Positions 38,779-52,050 of a stretch of 64,000 nucleotides of DNA are shown here, piece after piece. How positions within the stretch are numbered: the stretch's first letter is position 1; every line of letters starts with the position of its first letter. The notes under the pieces are model-generated. The model did no database searches, had not been told where the DNA came from, and saw only the letters and a list, made by a program, of their open reading frames with translations. This stretch comes from Phoronis australis (taxonomy: Eukaryota; Animalia; Phoronida), in contig NMRA01000226.1 of assembly GCA_002633005.1 (NCBI GenBank), positions 420,339 through 484,338 on the forward strand, written 5' to 3'. A program made the translations under genes and the position numbers.

Positions 38779-39144
38779 ATCAAGCAAATGGTATGTTTCT
38801 ATGGGTGTTTATTAGTCTAATAAAACTAGCCAGTATGTTGTGCAGAACAACAAGAAAATGGGAAGGTGTCGCTGTCTTCCAAGTAACCTTTTCGCCAAAT
38901 TTCTTGAAAATCCGTCAGGGGACTCCAAAGATACTGAAGCAAAATTTAATGTAAAATACTGAAATTGCCACTAGGGGGCACAGGTGTAGTCTGATCAGTT
39001 TGAAGCCACTGTCATCTGCCACCATTTCCAAGGAATTCTGGAGATACAGCTGCAGACACCCAACGCCCAGAAAACAATGACAACAATATGCACCTACATG
39101 GGTATACGTGAGTGCATAAAAAAATGGCCACATGAGCGTCATAC

Positions 39145-39706
39145 CTGACATACTAGCAGGATACGAGGCTTGGAGTCGCTGGAGCATCTCGTCAAGTTCT
39201 GCTTGCTCATCAGAAACCCGCGTGGACTGTTCACGCGAGGGCAGGCTGAAGTGGGACCAGTCGGATCGATTGTCCCACGGGTACTGGCTGAAGTTCAGAT
39301 CTGGCTGGTTGGCTTCCGAGTTTGGCAACTTGCTAGGTAGACGTCTCTGATTGGTTGGAAGCACGGACTCTTCTAAATCAAACCGTATTGATGGTATATT
39401 GGCCACAGGTGGACGGGCCTCAGTCAAAGGTATGACGAGGGGAGAGTTGCTGTAGAAGGAAGAAAGGTCGTGCATTGGAGGTGGGGGTGGTGGGAGGCGA
39501 GACTGGGAGGTGGACTGCAGTCGCATCGTGACCTGCGTAGGGGTTGTGACTTGGTGCTGGGCACGCACACGAGCTATCTCGGGTACGACTGGTCGCACTT
39601 GAGGGTGTGACGTAGGGTTAAATGGGGGGAGGGATGTAGTAGGGACTGGCTGCCTACTGAGATCATTGACCACACGGTGACTGCCAAGAGTTCCATCAAC
39701 TTCATC
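39145..39706 (-). CDS. Dystrotelin-like protein, penultimate exon (Pro/Ser-rich; EQAELDEMLQRLQASYP)
   Basis: tttcag|DEVDGTLGSH... phase 0; donor tcag|gtatga phase 1. Confidence 0.8.
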
Positions 39707-40284
39707 CTGAAATATAGGGAGTATCACTAGCACATACAACATAGGACAAAGTGGAAACCTACAGTTTCTTGCCAAGTTTATTTTAGTTAATTCCTCTTAC
39801 AGACAGAGAAAGAACTTCCCACTCATGTTATGTGTGCCTTGACTAATTCAAGTTTCCAGCAAGAAAAGCAAGTACAAACACGATTACTCAAAATCACGCA
39901 AGTGAAACACAAAATGGCAGCCACTGAAGCAATTGTTTGGTGAAGCTGGAATGCTGAATTATGGGATAGAATTCATGAAATATGGGATAGAATTCACCGT
40001 TTCCATTCGACAATCGAACTCAAGAATTCTCACCACAAGACCATGGCCAATGTCTTGAGTGAACACAGAAAGCAGCTCAGCTCTGACCAAGAACACACAC
40101 CAGACACTTGTCACTTCAACTACGCTTAAAGAGTTCAGCAGCCAAGGTAATGTGCAATTGAGCTATCACTAAGATTTTGAGTGACGGCTTAACTGACCTA
40201 TCACAATGCAGCATTCTTGACACACCTTCATTTCCAAGCCACCATTTTACACGACAAACAACACATTGTTGGGCAAAACTTTTT

Positions 40285-41671
40285 GTTACTTGGCGGAATT
40301 CTTCCGCCAAGTATGTTGCTCTGACAGCAAGTTTTTTTTTTTTTTTTGTTTGTTCGCTCTCTACAGGTCGCAATTCTGGTCCGATTTTCACGAAATTTGC
40401 ACACAACATGTAGATCGGGAATCACTGGATCGCTATTGTTTTTGGTCATGATCGGATACAAAATGGCGGACGTGGCGGCCATTTTGTATCCGATTTCACA
40501 GTCAAATGCTCGTAGAGGCCGCATTTTTCAACCTACATAGCTGAAAATCGGTACGAATATACTAGAACGCATGTGCTACAATTGTGCAGAAAATCGTTGA
40601 CTTCCGGTTAAAGATGGCGGAAATATTGGACGTGGCGCATGCGCACCCCGAAATAGGGCTAAAAACGTTTTCTCCTGTAGAGGGCGCAATTGCAAACCAA
40701 TCACTTTCAAACTGGTCAAGTGTTTGTTGAGTTTAATAAGCTTTTATAAAAAATTATTGAACCGGAAGTCACTTTCAAGATGGCGGCTGTGGCGCATGTT
40801 CACACGATTTCAATCGCTCTGGTGTCNNNNNNNNNNNNNNNNNNNNNNNNNNNNNNNNNNNNNNNNNNNNNNNNNNNNNNNNNNNNNNNNNNNNNNNNNN
40901 NNNNNNNNNNNNNNNNNNNNNNNNNNNNNNNNNNNNNNNNNNNNNNNNNNNNNNNNNNNNNNNNNNNNNNNNNNNNNNNNNNNNNNNNNNNNNNNNNNNN
41001 NNNNNNNNNNNNNNNNNNNNNNNNNNNNNNNNNNNNNNNNNNNNNNNNNNNNNNNNNNNNNNNNNNNNNNNNNNNNNNNNNNNNNNNNNNNNNNNNNNNN
41101 NNNNNNNNNNNNNNNNNNNNNNNNNNNNNNNNNNNNNNNNNNNNNNNNNNNNNNNNNNNNNNNNNNNNNNNNNNNNNNNNNNNNNNNNNNNNNNNNNNNN
41201 NNNNNNNNNNNNNNNNNNNNNNNNNNNNNNNNNNNNNNNNNNNNNNNNNNNNNNGCTAGTCACATGAATGTTATCGTGTTTGACAAACTACCACTTTAGA
41301 TAGAGTTTTGAACGGGCTTTCAGATGATAATTTCCATTTTGCGCTACGACGTCTACTTTTTGAATTATTCGAGATTTTCGGATACCGTTGTTCCTTCGGT
41401 CACACGCAGCTGGCTGGCTTTCAGTTCAGTTTGTTTTGATTATGCCTAGTTGACCCAGACTGACCCAGCCAGCACTGTTCTACTGTAGACTGGTTCTTTA
41501 TTGTAGTTGATTGTCTGCTCTCTATTTGATTTCTTCGCTAGTCACATGAATATTATCGTGTTATCGTCTTATTCACAATTGCCGCCGTGATCGTCTTGAT
41601 TGTCGTCGTCTCCCTCATCGTCGTCTTTTCGATTAGTTCCGCCAAGTGTCGCTCCTCCGAGCGCTCTCGTT
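40285..41671 (+). mobile_element. Helentron-associated interspersed element (HINE/DINE-1-like), spans a gap
   Basis: 5' GTTACTTGGCGGAA-ttc-TTCCGCCAAGTA stem-loop, T/TTTG tract, 3' subTIR TTCCGCCAAGT plus CGCTC-ctcc-GAGCG hairpin; T-rich flanks, no TSD seen. Confidence 0.75.
40827..41254. other. Assembly gap (N run)
   Basis: Run of N. Confidence 1.
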
Positions 41672-41738
41672 TGTTTGTTGACTTTTCGCAAGGGGGCAGA
41701 GCTTGCGATAGGTCAACTGACCCAGGGACTAAGCCTAC

Positions 41739-41940
41739 CTTATCTCTCCTTCCTGTCAGCCTTGCTCTCATCCTGTCCAGCTGCCTCTGTAGCTGTTGGT
41801 TGTGCTCCGTCAGTATTCCCCGCTCAACCTTAAGTCTCTCCTCACGGATCAGATCCCCGTCTGAGCCTGTGTCCGACTCGGACTGACTAGAGCCACTGGC
41901 CAGGTTGTTCTGAAGTCTTTCAATCTCGTGTAAAAGTTCA
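41739..41940 (-). CDS. Dystrotelin-like protein, coiled-coil exon
   Basis: tttcag|ELLHEIERLQ...LTEHNQQLQRQLDRMRARL..DK|gtaggc; matches the dystrophin-family coiled coil. Confidence 0.88.
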
Positions 41941-43612
41941 CTGAAATAACACAGCCAACAAAAACGTATCATTATATTATATTAGAAGTTCCGGTAAGTA
42001 AAATTTTCCTCATGGTATCAAGTGTGAAATCACTGATAACGTGAGATAACCAAAGATGGGCAAGCTTCGATGTTCTACAGAAGACAATCGTACGTGTGGT
42101 TTGATATATGGATGACCGAGCACATCAAAAGTCAAATATTTCCGTTGTTGGTTTGTGGCATCTACAGAGTTTACTGCTCAAAAATCAAGACAAATGAATT
42201 ATCACATGTTCTCAGTCCTTATATCCGTCATAGATGCTCATGAGATTAAGCCTTGCCATGTATTAATAAAAAGTAGTCATATCAACAAAATCTATAGATC
42301 ATTACCGACTCTGTTACAGTGTATGCACCGGGTGGATACCTCTGCAGAGTCACATCATGTGACCTAAAAGTCACAAGTTCGAAAAGATTTCCACCACACT
42401 CTGGGTTTGAACGTGTAGCTTCTGCAAACTGTGCAGAAATTCTAGTGCACAGAGTCACTGGGACAGCTTGAACAGGGCAATCCTACTTGTGTTTTGAAGA
42501 ACTTCACACTTTTGTAACAGGACACTGTTACTGCAGCCATGAATTAATTACACATTACCCGTAAACTAATATTACTATCTTTCACCAAGTACAAACCATA
42601 CACATCTCCGCAGACTGACGAAAATGTTCACATCAGAGGTAGTTGCATGACAATACAAACAATCAACCCATTCTGAACTTTTGGCATCATCGTTTGATAC
42701 AGATGACAATGTTCCCTGTACATGACACACACCTGGCTAAATCTGCATTTCAAACTTTTTAGCCTAGCTAAAAATGGAAATTAATTTCAGTGGAAATCAA
42801 ATTCAACCTTTACTCTCACAAAACTAGTCATAAAAATTCTCTTAACCACGACAGAACCTTTCTGTTACCAAGAAGAAGGCACAAACCCTCAACAGGTCAA
42901 GAAAAACGCATCAAAAAATCATCAATTGTATTGAGGTTAGCCAAAATGGCACACAGGGACTTCTATTCGATGACCACTTCCTGTGAGTACATCGCAGATC
43001 GGTTGTAGATTTTGGATCTTCATAAAAGAACTCTAAATATGTTTAGAGTGACAGCGAAACAAGGCAAAAGGCAGCTTTAATAAAGCTTGCCACCTTGTGT
43101 AGTCAAATTGTACGTCTAACAGGACAGAATTAGTTTGTTTTTGACTAGACACTAATCCTATCAATGAGTCAACATCTGAAACACCTCTTGACCCACATTT
43201 TGCACTGGAAACCAACTGCCTAATTTTGTTTTCTCTCAATAGGTCATGCTACAGATACTCAAAAAGCTACATTGATTTTCAAAAGGTTGCATTTCAAATG
43301 TCATTCAATCCTTGTGCGAAAAATTTTTGTGAACTTGATACATATATGCATAACCAATCTCATAACAGGCAGGGGTACACTTAGCACTGTTTTTAGTACA
43401 TTTAGTGGGAAATTAGTTGAAATTTGGTTGTTATTTTCTTTTAACATATTTACAGTAATTTTTTGAAAAGGAAATTTAGAAGTGAAAACTAAATACTGAC
43501 AACAAATGTCCATTTAATACAGAAATCAACCATTAAAAATTGCCCCCACCTCAACATTGTGTTAGTTACCGCGATATCATACTTAGTACAATACAACAAT
43601 ATCATAATTTAC

Positions 43613-43701
43613 CTGTTTTCATTCTCTAAGTTTTTAATGATATCTTCTCGTTCCTTCAATTCATCAGAGTCCAACTGAACGTGTAAATTCTGTAAGTTCT
43701 C
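43613..43701 (-). CDS. Dystrotelin-like protein, coiled-coil exon
   Basis: ttctag|ENLQNLHVQLDSDELKEREDIIKNLENEN|gtaaat; phases 0 and 2. Confidence 0.85.
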
Positions 43702-43835
43702 CTAGAAATATAAATGCAAAAGTCAGTGCCTAGTCAGTTGACGTGTAAGGAACAGTTCTAAACACGAACACGAGGCTGGTTTGAAAGAATTTAATTTGTG
43801 AATAATTAACATTACTAGGACATGCAATTTTTTTA

Positions 43836-43978
43836 AATCTGGTTTCCAGGCCACCTGTTGGCCACGTCACGTGACCTTATGAACATCAGTCTGAAAAGAT
43901 TTCTGCCCCAACCGACCAGACTTATATTCATTAGGTCATGTGATGTGGCCAACAGGTAGCATGCAGATCAGACTTAAG
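43836..43978. repeat. Imperfect palindrome / MITE-like foldback
   Basis: ACCTGTTGGCCACGTCACGTGACCT..GTCTG vs CAGAC..AGGTCATGTGATGTGGCCAACAGGT. Confidence 0.75.
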
Positions 43979-44676
43979 ACTTTTGTGATCTATATTTCCA
44001 CGCCTGTTCAAAATTTATAACACTAGGACTGCTTCAATCTCTGCACAGTTCTGCGCTAATATTGAAAAAAATGATTACTTGCATTTTTTGCTTTGACTGT
44101 GACATGAGATCACAAGCCACAAAGACAAGTCAGCATTACACTTGATATTCACCAGGTTGTGAAAAAATGGACTCCTTTTATAATCTGAAGACTGAGAAAG
44201 TAAGCCAACAGGGGGCACTCATGGATAAGGAACCTGTGTCTGTTGTCGCAAGAGTGCCACATAGTGAGTTTTGAGGTGGTCACATGGTAAAATCTGGTAT
44301 CTAAGGACACAGCCTAGGCTTGTATTTGAGTATGCCTCTATACTCAAAAAGGTCTTGTTCAATTTGCATGAACATTATTCAAATTAGCAACACGTGCTGT
44401 ATTGTGTTTTGTTTTACTTATTTTTACTTATTCCATATTTTCATGGAATGGTTTAACTTAACCAATATTTCATCATGTAATCAACGTTTAGACCATGCCT
44501 ATTTACTAGAGAACACAAGAAAAATGATGACTTGACATATATTCGAGTTTGTTGCATTTTCATAAGTTCTTAAAAAACGCATTACAACTTTGCTCATAAA
44601 GCCATGTGCTTGTATATCAGCTTTCACGATAATGACACTGAGGTGTGCCACGCTACAGTACAGAGACACCTGTAGT

Positions 44677-44960
44677 CTGTTTCATGAAAGTGACTTAAGA
44701 GTCACTCAAGACATAAATTTGATATTACGCTCCCACTTTACAATTATTGCAGAATAAAGGTTTGGCCGGCAAGTAATCATGAGCAGATCACAGATTAGGA
44801 ATAATTCATAGAAATTATCGCAGCAACTACCAGTTATGTGTATATTTTTGGAGACTGCACTTTTGTTTAAGTGAGATATGATTATTTTTTTGAAATACTC
44901 GTGTGGAGCGCGAGACCAAATTTCTAATTTAAGTCTTAAGTCACCTTTTATGAGTCACAC
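44677..44960 (+). mobile_element. MITE (Harbinger-like), copy 1
   Basis: CATGAAAGTGACTTAAGA ... TCTTAAGTCAC TIR; homologous to 46700-46955. Confidence 0.7.
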
Positions 44961-45147
44961 CTCTGGTTAAACCATTTTCAATTGTGCTGAGGTCTTTTTT
45001 GGCCATGTCATCCTTTAGGACACCTTACATGTCAAGGAATCTGACCAACAATAGCGTTCATATTTCCAATGTCCAACAGTCTCTTCAAGTAGACTGGCTT
45101 GCATAATCTTTATATAAAATGTACACCAGATGGCATGCATCTCCTAC

Positions 45148-45298
45148 CCGTTCTTCAGCGCTGTCAGCCTGACCGACGCCATCTGTCTGAACCACCTTAG
45201 ACACCCTGCCAGGAGGAGCTAGCTGCTCATTGTGTGCCAGCTGCCGGGCTACTTTGCTCAACATACGATGGATGTTGGGTTCTGGAGGAGCAGGGCTG
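45148..45298 (-). CDS. Dystrotelin-like protein, linker exon
   Basis: tgtag|SPAPPEPNIHRMLSKVARQLAHNE...EER|gtagga; phases 2 and 0; tandem TAG-CAG acceptor. Confidence 0.78.
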
Positions 45299-45863
45299 CT
45301 ACAATATACATACAACAGTTTGGTCACTACAGCGACCACATGCAGGGCGAATATTACTGCCACATGAGATATTTCACCATAGTAATGGTACAGTCTGACA
45401 GTCTCTTTATATATACACTTGTTGAGTTTTGAATCCCAAGCACTTGGCGATGAACTTTCAAATGAGTCGTGCAGTCGAAAAATCATACCGTAAAGTTTTG
45501 TTAATAAAACACTTAATGCCATAGTTATGTTAATGGTTCACAGATTGCAAAAATTAAAAAGGCAAGACAGGCAAATACAGCTACCCTCTGTAACATAGAA
45601 TTATACGTGACATGCGGATTTAGGATGCCGCAATTGGGGCCACAAACATAATCTTTTCGGAAAATTACACAATATCCTTTTTGGTCGTGTCCTGGACAAC
45701 CCTTAAATTCACCTTGGACTCACAATCTGCCTGGATTGTTGTTATGGATCACATGTTGCATATAACAACCTTCAACACAGGAGAGCACACTACTATTGAT
45801 ACTGATACTCCTGCTGTACACAAGTATGACACCATATTGAGTCAAACACGAATGAGCCCTTAC

Positions 45864-46006
45864 AATCTATCCGTTGGACCCTGGTCATACTCTGACCCTC
45901 TGTTCACTGACAAGTATCGCGGACGCTTGCTTTTCTCTTTGCTCTTCTTACTCAAGTTGTTCTTTACCGTCTTTACAAAGGCCTTCCTGTCATCTTTGGC
46001 ACCAGC
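45864..46006 (-). CDS. Dystrotelin-like protein, post-ZZ exon
   Basis: ggcag|AGAKDDRKAFVKTVKNNLSKK...PRYLSV...|gtaagg, like the dystrophin EDVRDFAKVLKNK...GYLPV segment. Confidence 0.88.
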
Positions 46007-46699
46007 CTGCCAAACATATGACCACTCCAAAATTTGAAAAGGGTTTCAGAAAGGGTTCATTGGCATAGTGCAGGTACGCTTTTCTTACGGCTTTTCTTAC
46101 GGCTGTTCTGTATGCAACCGCAAGCTCGTATTAATGTACTCCCAGAAATGCATACCAGGAAATGATTTATCTAGTAATGAATGGTGTATTTATTATTTGA
46201 GGAATTAACAAAGTTTGTTTTGCAAGGTATAAAATGTGGGAAGAATGCCACAGTTGAGTTCAATTCAAACTCAGTCAGCTAAGTCAGAGATCAATCAACA
46301 GCGGATCCTGTACTTGGAAGGCAAGAGTCTGAAATATGTGAAAGTTGTAAAAAGTCACGTGACCTTGACTTAGAAAATATATGACTGTGTCATTAGACAA
46401 AACTGTGGATTTTTGCCACCTCTGTCCGCTGTACCTTGTGTTACTTGGAATATGAAAAACACTATCAGCTCACAGTAAAACCATTTCTAGGTACTGAAAG
46501 TTTAAAGAAGTCTTACAAGGATTTTTGGGACACCCTACATAACACAGCTACATCCATTCAAACTAAAAAAATGCCAGAGGACAACAAATACAGACTGAAA
46601 CATTTTTGCTCAGAAATAGTTAGTTTTGATACAATGTACATTGAATGGTACTGTGGGTTACGGGAAAAGAAATGTGAAAGTAAGAATAGAATTGAAGGG

Positions 46700-46955
46700 T
46701 CTTTAGACTTTAGACTGAAATTTGGTCTTACGCCCCCACTACACAATTGCTGAATAAAGGTTTTATCATGCAATTATGAGCGGATCACAGTCAAGAAACA
46801 ATTTATAGAAATTATCTCAGTAAGTAGCAGTTATGTCTAAATTTTCAGAGACGTTGCACTTTTGCTCAAGCGGCATTTAATTACTTTTCAGAAAATTATG
46901 TGGAGCGTGAGACCAGATTTCACTTAAGTCTTAAGTCACTTTTCATGAAACAGAT
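46700..46955 (+). mobile_element. MITE (Harbinger-like), copy 2, left end truncated
   Basis: Colinear with 44700-44950; ends CTTAAGTCACTTTTCATGAAACAG. Confidence 0.7.
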
Positions 46956-47123
46956 TCCAAGAGAAAAGTATTCTGTTTTAGTATTTTTGAGAACACAATG
47001 CCCTTAATGAGAATGACAATGGCAGGCGCAAGGCAAACACCACAAGGTTGATTCAAGTCAGTTTCAATTCTTTGCAAAATCAAAGTCACACACTCAGTGA
47101 CTGCTAGGAAGATTGTGACTCAC

Positions 47124-47235
47124 TGCGACACAGTACTCCTGTGTAGGATGTCTAGATTTGTGCTTCTTGGTCACACGTCCCGTTAAGAAACACTGCTGGC
47201 AGAGGTCAAAGTTGAAACACTTGAGGCAGCGATAC
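47124..47235 (-). CDS. Dystrotelin-like protein, ZZ zinc finger (second part)
   Basis: [35 protein letters not shown]; cgcag acceptor, gtgagt donor. Confidence 0.95.
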
Positions 47236-47560
47236 CTGCGTAACAAGACAATCATGTCATACTAAAACATCTGGTAAGCCAACACTTACTGAACCAATCT
47301 ATAAAATCATTTCACACTGAAAAAAATATCCGTTTTCTAAAATTTAGAAGCTGTATAAAAAGAATTGTTGGTCATCTAAAAATCAAGTTAACGGTAAAAT
47401 CTACATACCTTGACGAGAGTATACTCGTATGATTCTTTGAAGATCTGGGAATTCAATTTTAAAATTTTTCATACTTTAAGTCATATTTTAACATAAGTTC
47501 GAACAAACTGTCAAATCCATATCTCAGCTGCATTTGCAACATATCAAACACAATACATAC

Positions 47561-47615
47561 CTGAAGCCAATAATAGGGAAAGCCTTGCAAATGTTGCATT
47601 TGGACTCATGTTTCA
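47561..47615 (-). CDS. Dystrotelin-like protein, ZZ zinc finger (first part)
   Basis: VKHESKCNICKAFPIIGFR; tttcag acceptor, gtatgt donor. Confidence 0.95.
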
Positions 47616-48212
47616 CTGAAAAGAAATGGTGGTGGTCAGGACTGTAATACCAGCAATTTAGAGAATGTCATGATAAAACAAGCCTCAAAATACTTCTTTA
47701 AAAATTACTGGTCAATAAATCAGGCTAGAAAAAAATACAAGAATGAAGTGGTTTATTCAGCCAAATGTAACACCTATGAGCTCCAGTCTTACCACGCAAC
47801 CATCATAGAAAACAAGAAGTGTAAACTTGCTCGATTTCATGATTGAACACATAGCAGTCACCATTAAATGGGCAACTCGATGTTCTTTAGGAGTTGCTAA
47901 TAATTAAAAGGTTGTTCTTTCTGACATCTGAATAGAATAACAGTAGAAAACAGTTCATTACCAGGAGGATGTTTGAGTGACAAGTGACCCGTGTGATTTA
48001 CACGAATGCAGACATTTCTACAGGAAGTTCCCTCGCTACACTTGCGACACCTAGTGGACTTCAAGTTCCCTACTAAATCAAATCACTCGACAATCACCAT
48101 TGCTTGAAATTGTTTATCCTGAGGTAATGCAGTGCTCGATATACCTTCAACATTTTCATTTTCCAATAACAGTCAGAGTCTCATTTCAATTATGTTCATT
48201 AATTATGCTAAC

Positions 48213-48402
48213 CCGACTCTGCTGCAGCCATTCTGTGCATTGTTGGTAGCCAAATGACAGTCTGCGGTTCACGGAACATCCAATCGAGAAAGACGTCCTG
48301 CGACACACCCTGACTGTTCATAGCTCGCTCCAAGCTGCTCTCAACAGATGATGGCACATGTTGACATCCAAACGACTCGCCCTCGTGTACTGTTTCCGCC
48401 AC
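48213..48402 (-). CDS. Dystrotelin-like protein, EF-hand region
   Basis: VAETVHEGESFG...FLDWMFREPQTVIWLPTMHRMAAAES, a dystrophin-family signature. Confidence 0.95.
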
Positions 48403-48796
48403 CTGACAGGAAAAATGAATCTATTTAAAGGGTAGTGAGATATACGGTACCTTGTCTTATACCGTTAGAATGAGTCGAAGGAAGTTTCAGGCTTTTTGGT
48501 TAAAATAATAAATTATGAGTATATATTTTTTAATTTCTAATTTAAAAATTTTCTTCCATTATTAGCTTATCACTAAGTGAGTAACGAGATGGTAATTAAT
48601 CTGCTTCAAATTCACGTCTTTTGCCTAGCCTCACGTACTGCAAGCTAAATTTCCATAAGAATCCGCATTTTTTGCATACGGTACACAGATCTGGAGAATT
48701 CATGTACTTAAAGCTGCACTTTGCTCTGTTTAGCTGGCTAAACACAAAAAACAAAAGCCTTTTAATCACATAAAATCAACCTGTATTTGAAATTAC

Positions 48797-48876
48797 CTGC
48801 ATAACATCATGTAAAAAGAGCGCCATTTTCTTCCGACTTGCAAATCCATTGTGATCACTGATTTGTTGAAAAAAGA
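48797..48876 (-). CDS. Dystrotelin-like protein, EF-hand region
   Basis: ttttag|FFQQISDHNGFASRKKMALFLHDVMQ|gtaatt. Confidence 0.92.
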
Positions 48877-49458
48877 CTAAAAAACAAGAAAATAATGTCA
48901 AATTTTTAGTTACATATCTGTTTCCAATGAGACCAAGCTCGAACGATATCTGATGTCTAGGCAAACAAAGTTACTAAATGATCTACAAAGGCATACACTT
49001 TAAAATAAAAAACTTTAAATTTCTTATTCTCCTTCCTGAACTGCACAAACGTCCCCCTTAACAACATTCTCTCCAAACACAATATTCCTCAGGACCTATG
49101 TTTCCTTTCTCACCCACAATAATTTAATGCTTATTACACTTCTTTCCTTGCGAACCACACTTCCTTTCATACCAACAATTGCTTGTAAGAAAAGATCACA
49201 GTTCACATTAAGACTGTGACTGAGGATAAAAGAAATGCTTTGCTAAGAGACGACTATCAAAATACAGCTTGTGACAAAAGAATGCTGATACTAAGACTGT
49301 CTACACAGTTCCTAAGAAAGAACAGCAGGCTACACTGAGCTTGACCAGCGATCAGAAAATCAAATAAAAGAGATCTAAGCGTAACATATAATTACGCACA
49401 GGCTGTGGTTATGCCTCACAACATTGGTCAAATATGCAACAGTAGAATTCATACATAC

Positions 49459-49544
49459 ATCTGTACTTCTCAGATAACCGGGCACTACTCAGCACAGCGA
49501 GTCCAACTTTGATTGACAGACAACGCACCTGTCCACTTCTGTTC
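49459..49544 (-). CDS. Dystrotelin-like protein, EF-hand region
   Basis: ttgcag|NRSGQVRCLSIKVGLAVLSSARLSEKYR|gtatgt. Confidence 0.93.
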
Positions 49545-49896
49545 CTGCAAGAAGTTGTAAGTCAATTCCAAAAACCGATCAACACAAGATGTAAGTTAAA
49601 TATAGAACATAATATAAATCAATGCGGTGATATCGTATAATTAAGCATTAGTCGTTTATGTCACCAACATACGGCATGTATGAAGATCCTTAATTACACA
49701 ACATAATAATTAATGTCATACTCCTAATTCGTCCGAGGAAACGTTATTGTTTTATCCAGGTTCTCATTCACTCTCTTGCATACACCGGCAAAAATGGATG
49801 CATGCAGGAAAAATTATCAAGTTAAGACCGACCAGCAACATTTCTCTACAGTAACTGCCATTTCTCTACAAAGACCAGTTATGTCTCAAATCTTAC

Positions 49897-50104
49897 TGGT
49901 CGTAAATATTGAGCAGCCAGTTGAGCAATAACTCTGCAGCCTGCTCAGCATTCACTCTTCTGGTGTGGTCAGTCCTGGCTGCTTCAAACATGATGTCCAA
50001 CAGTAGATTCTCGAGTTCCATGCAGTCCAGCTGACCCTCGCTCGGCCCGTGGTGACCTCGCTGCTTGAAGATACGGGTGATGGAGTCTAGGCTCACCAGC
50101 TCCA
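49897..50104 (-). CDS. Dystrotelin-like protein, EF-hand region
   Basis: catag|ELVSLDSITRIF...AAELLLNWLLNIYD|gtaaga. Confidence 0.95.
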
Positions 50105-50869
50105 CTATGGTACACAAACATCAGAGGTAAGTAAACGCCAATTTAGGCCAAAACATGTTCATAAGATAACGATTAGAGAGCTTGAGAAAGGTAATACAAC
50201 TAGCGAGAAAATAATCGTGTTCATGAGAAAAGAACACACAAGAGTGGTTTGTGAGTGAAGAATATTGAAGATGACTAGTCTTATAAGCTGTTTCCTGAAA
50301 AATAGGTAACAGCCAGCGGTCACCAGATGGCGACAATGTCTTGTTTACAAAGTCGACTCACCAAGAACGCCCAAATGACATGTCGTGGAGATCAATACCA
50401 TTTCGGGAGTTTACTCAAAGCATAGTTGTAAATCAAGATTGAAAAATTTACGAAACGAAGTCAAGTTATTAAAAGCATAAAATAGGTCACTTGACATTGA
50501 TTTTGATTTCTGACATCACAAGATAAGGGCATGATTATTTCGTCCAAATATACGGTATATGGTTACATGTGGAAATAACTATGACCGGATTTAAGTAAGA
50601 TAGTACACGCCAGTAAATAATGCAGTCCATTGGCCTTGATGATCGAAGACAACTTAGTTCAAAAACAATCAAATTTATTAAGCGGATCAGGTTTCAAGAA
50701 TAGTGCATCCCAGCCCAAAAGACATTAACTCAGATTGCATTTTTCCAATAGCTGTAAAATCTCTGCACACATGATCAAAACTTAACAACAGCATATAAAA
50801 TGTCTACAGTAAATGCTTAAATTCCGATATTGAACTTCGACAGTGATAGTCAACCTCACTAAAACTTAC

Positions 50870-50944
50870 AGTTAAGTCGTTTCTGAATGAACCTCAACTT
50901 CATGGCAGTTCTGTAAGCCGCATATTTGACACCGTCGTAGTCAC
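50870..50944 (-). CDS. Dystrotelin-like protein, start of EF-hand region
   Basis: ttccag|DYDGVKYAAYRTAMKLRFIQKRLN|gtaagt. Confidence 0.95.
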
Positions 50945-51405
50945 CTGGAAGCATAAAACTGACATAAAGGTGGACACACAAAGACAAAACCTGTTAACAA
51001 TATGTTTAACAAAATGTTTTGATGAAAATAGCCCTTAAAATTTACAGATAGTTGAATGTGAAAATTTTTATCCATACATACCACACATAATACATAATGC
51101 AGACAGTACAAGGCGACTTTTAAGTGGGTTTATAGTTGCCTAACAAAAATCAACTCTCAATTTAGCTCACTTACTGTCTCACATTGGTACTTGAATGGTT
51201 AAAATAAATGATTTGTGGGCTTGGAAAGCAATGAATTATTGCTCGACACCACAATCTACAAGCTCAAACATCACTTCTCATCTGAGTAAGGAACAAGTTA
51301 AGATCAATTTTACAGCCCAAGTGGTCTAAATCAAAAGTCCACAGAATGCAGTTAACTGGTAACGTTGGCAGCTGCAAGCTGTAACCAATTTGCAATTTTG
51401 TATCT

Positions 51406-51559
51406 AACCTACCACTGGAGGGGATTTCACACACAATTTTGTATCTACAGGGTGGTCCGATACCAACCTACCACTGGAGGGGATTTCACACACAATTTTG
51501 TATCTGCAGGGTGGTCCAATACCAACCTACCACTGGAGGGGATTTCACACACAATTTTG
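51406..51559 (+). repeat. ~60-bp tandem repeat x3
   Basis: AACCTACCACTGGAGGGGATTTCACACACAATTTTG three times here, once in the sister copy (52715-52750). Confidence 0.9.
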
Positions 51560-51988
51560 ATCAACATAATTTCCAAAGATTATATGGACAAGCAAACCAG
51601 GTTTTTGATTTTCTTTTAACTCGCTTACAAAAGTTGTAACTCAAAGCTACATTTTGCCCTGTTTAGCTGGCCAACGTAAATTGAATTACTAGGCTTTTTA
51701 CTGAACTCTCATACAATCACTCTCATATTATTCGATACCACGATGGCATTCATTTCCATTACCAGCAATCCATTCATGTGGCATTTTCAAATTTGCAAAT
51801 GGTTCTTGTCAGTAACGGAAATAGAATTCTATCATGACAAGGAATATCATGAGATTGATAGTAAAAGGCCTAATTCAATTTTTTGTTTGTTTTTAGCCAG
51901 CTGAGCACCTTTAAGTACGAATCTTATGAAATATTTACATCTGATAAATTAGTACTGATATATTACTATGTATACCAAACAAGTTTAC

Positions 51989-52050
51989 CTATTTCTTCCA
52001 ATGTTTTTAGTAGGAATGGGTGATCCCATTGTGTGACTTCGGACTTGTGG
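51989..52050 (-). CDS. Dystrotelin-like protein, WW domain second half (duplicate copy)
   Basis: tttcag|HKSEVTQWDHPFLLKTLEEI|gtaaac; identical to 53181-53242. Confidence 0.7.
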
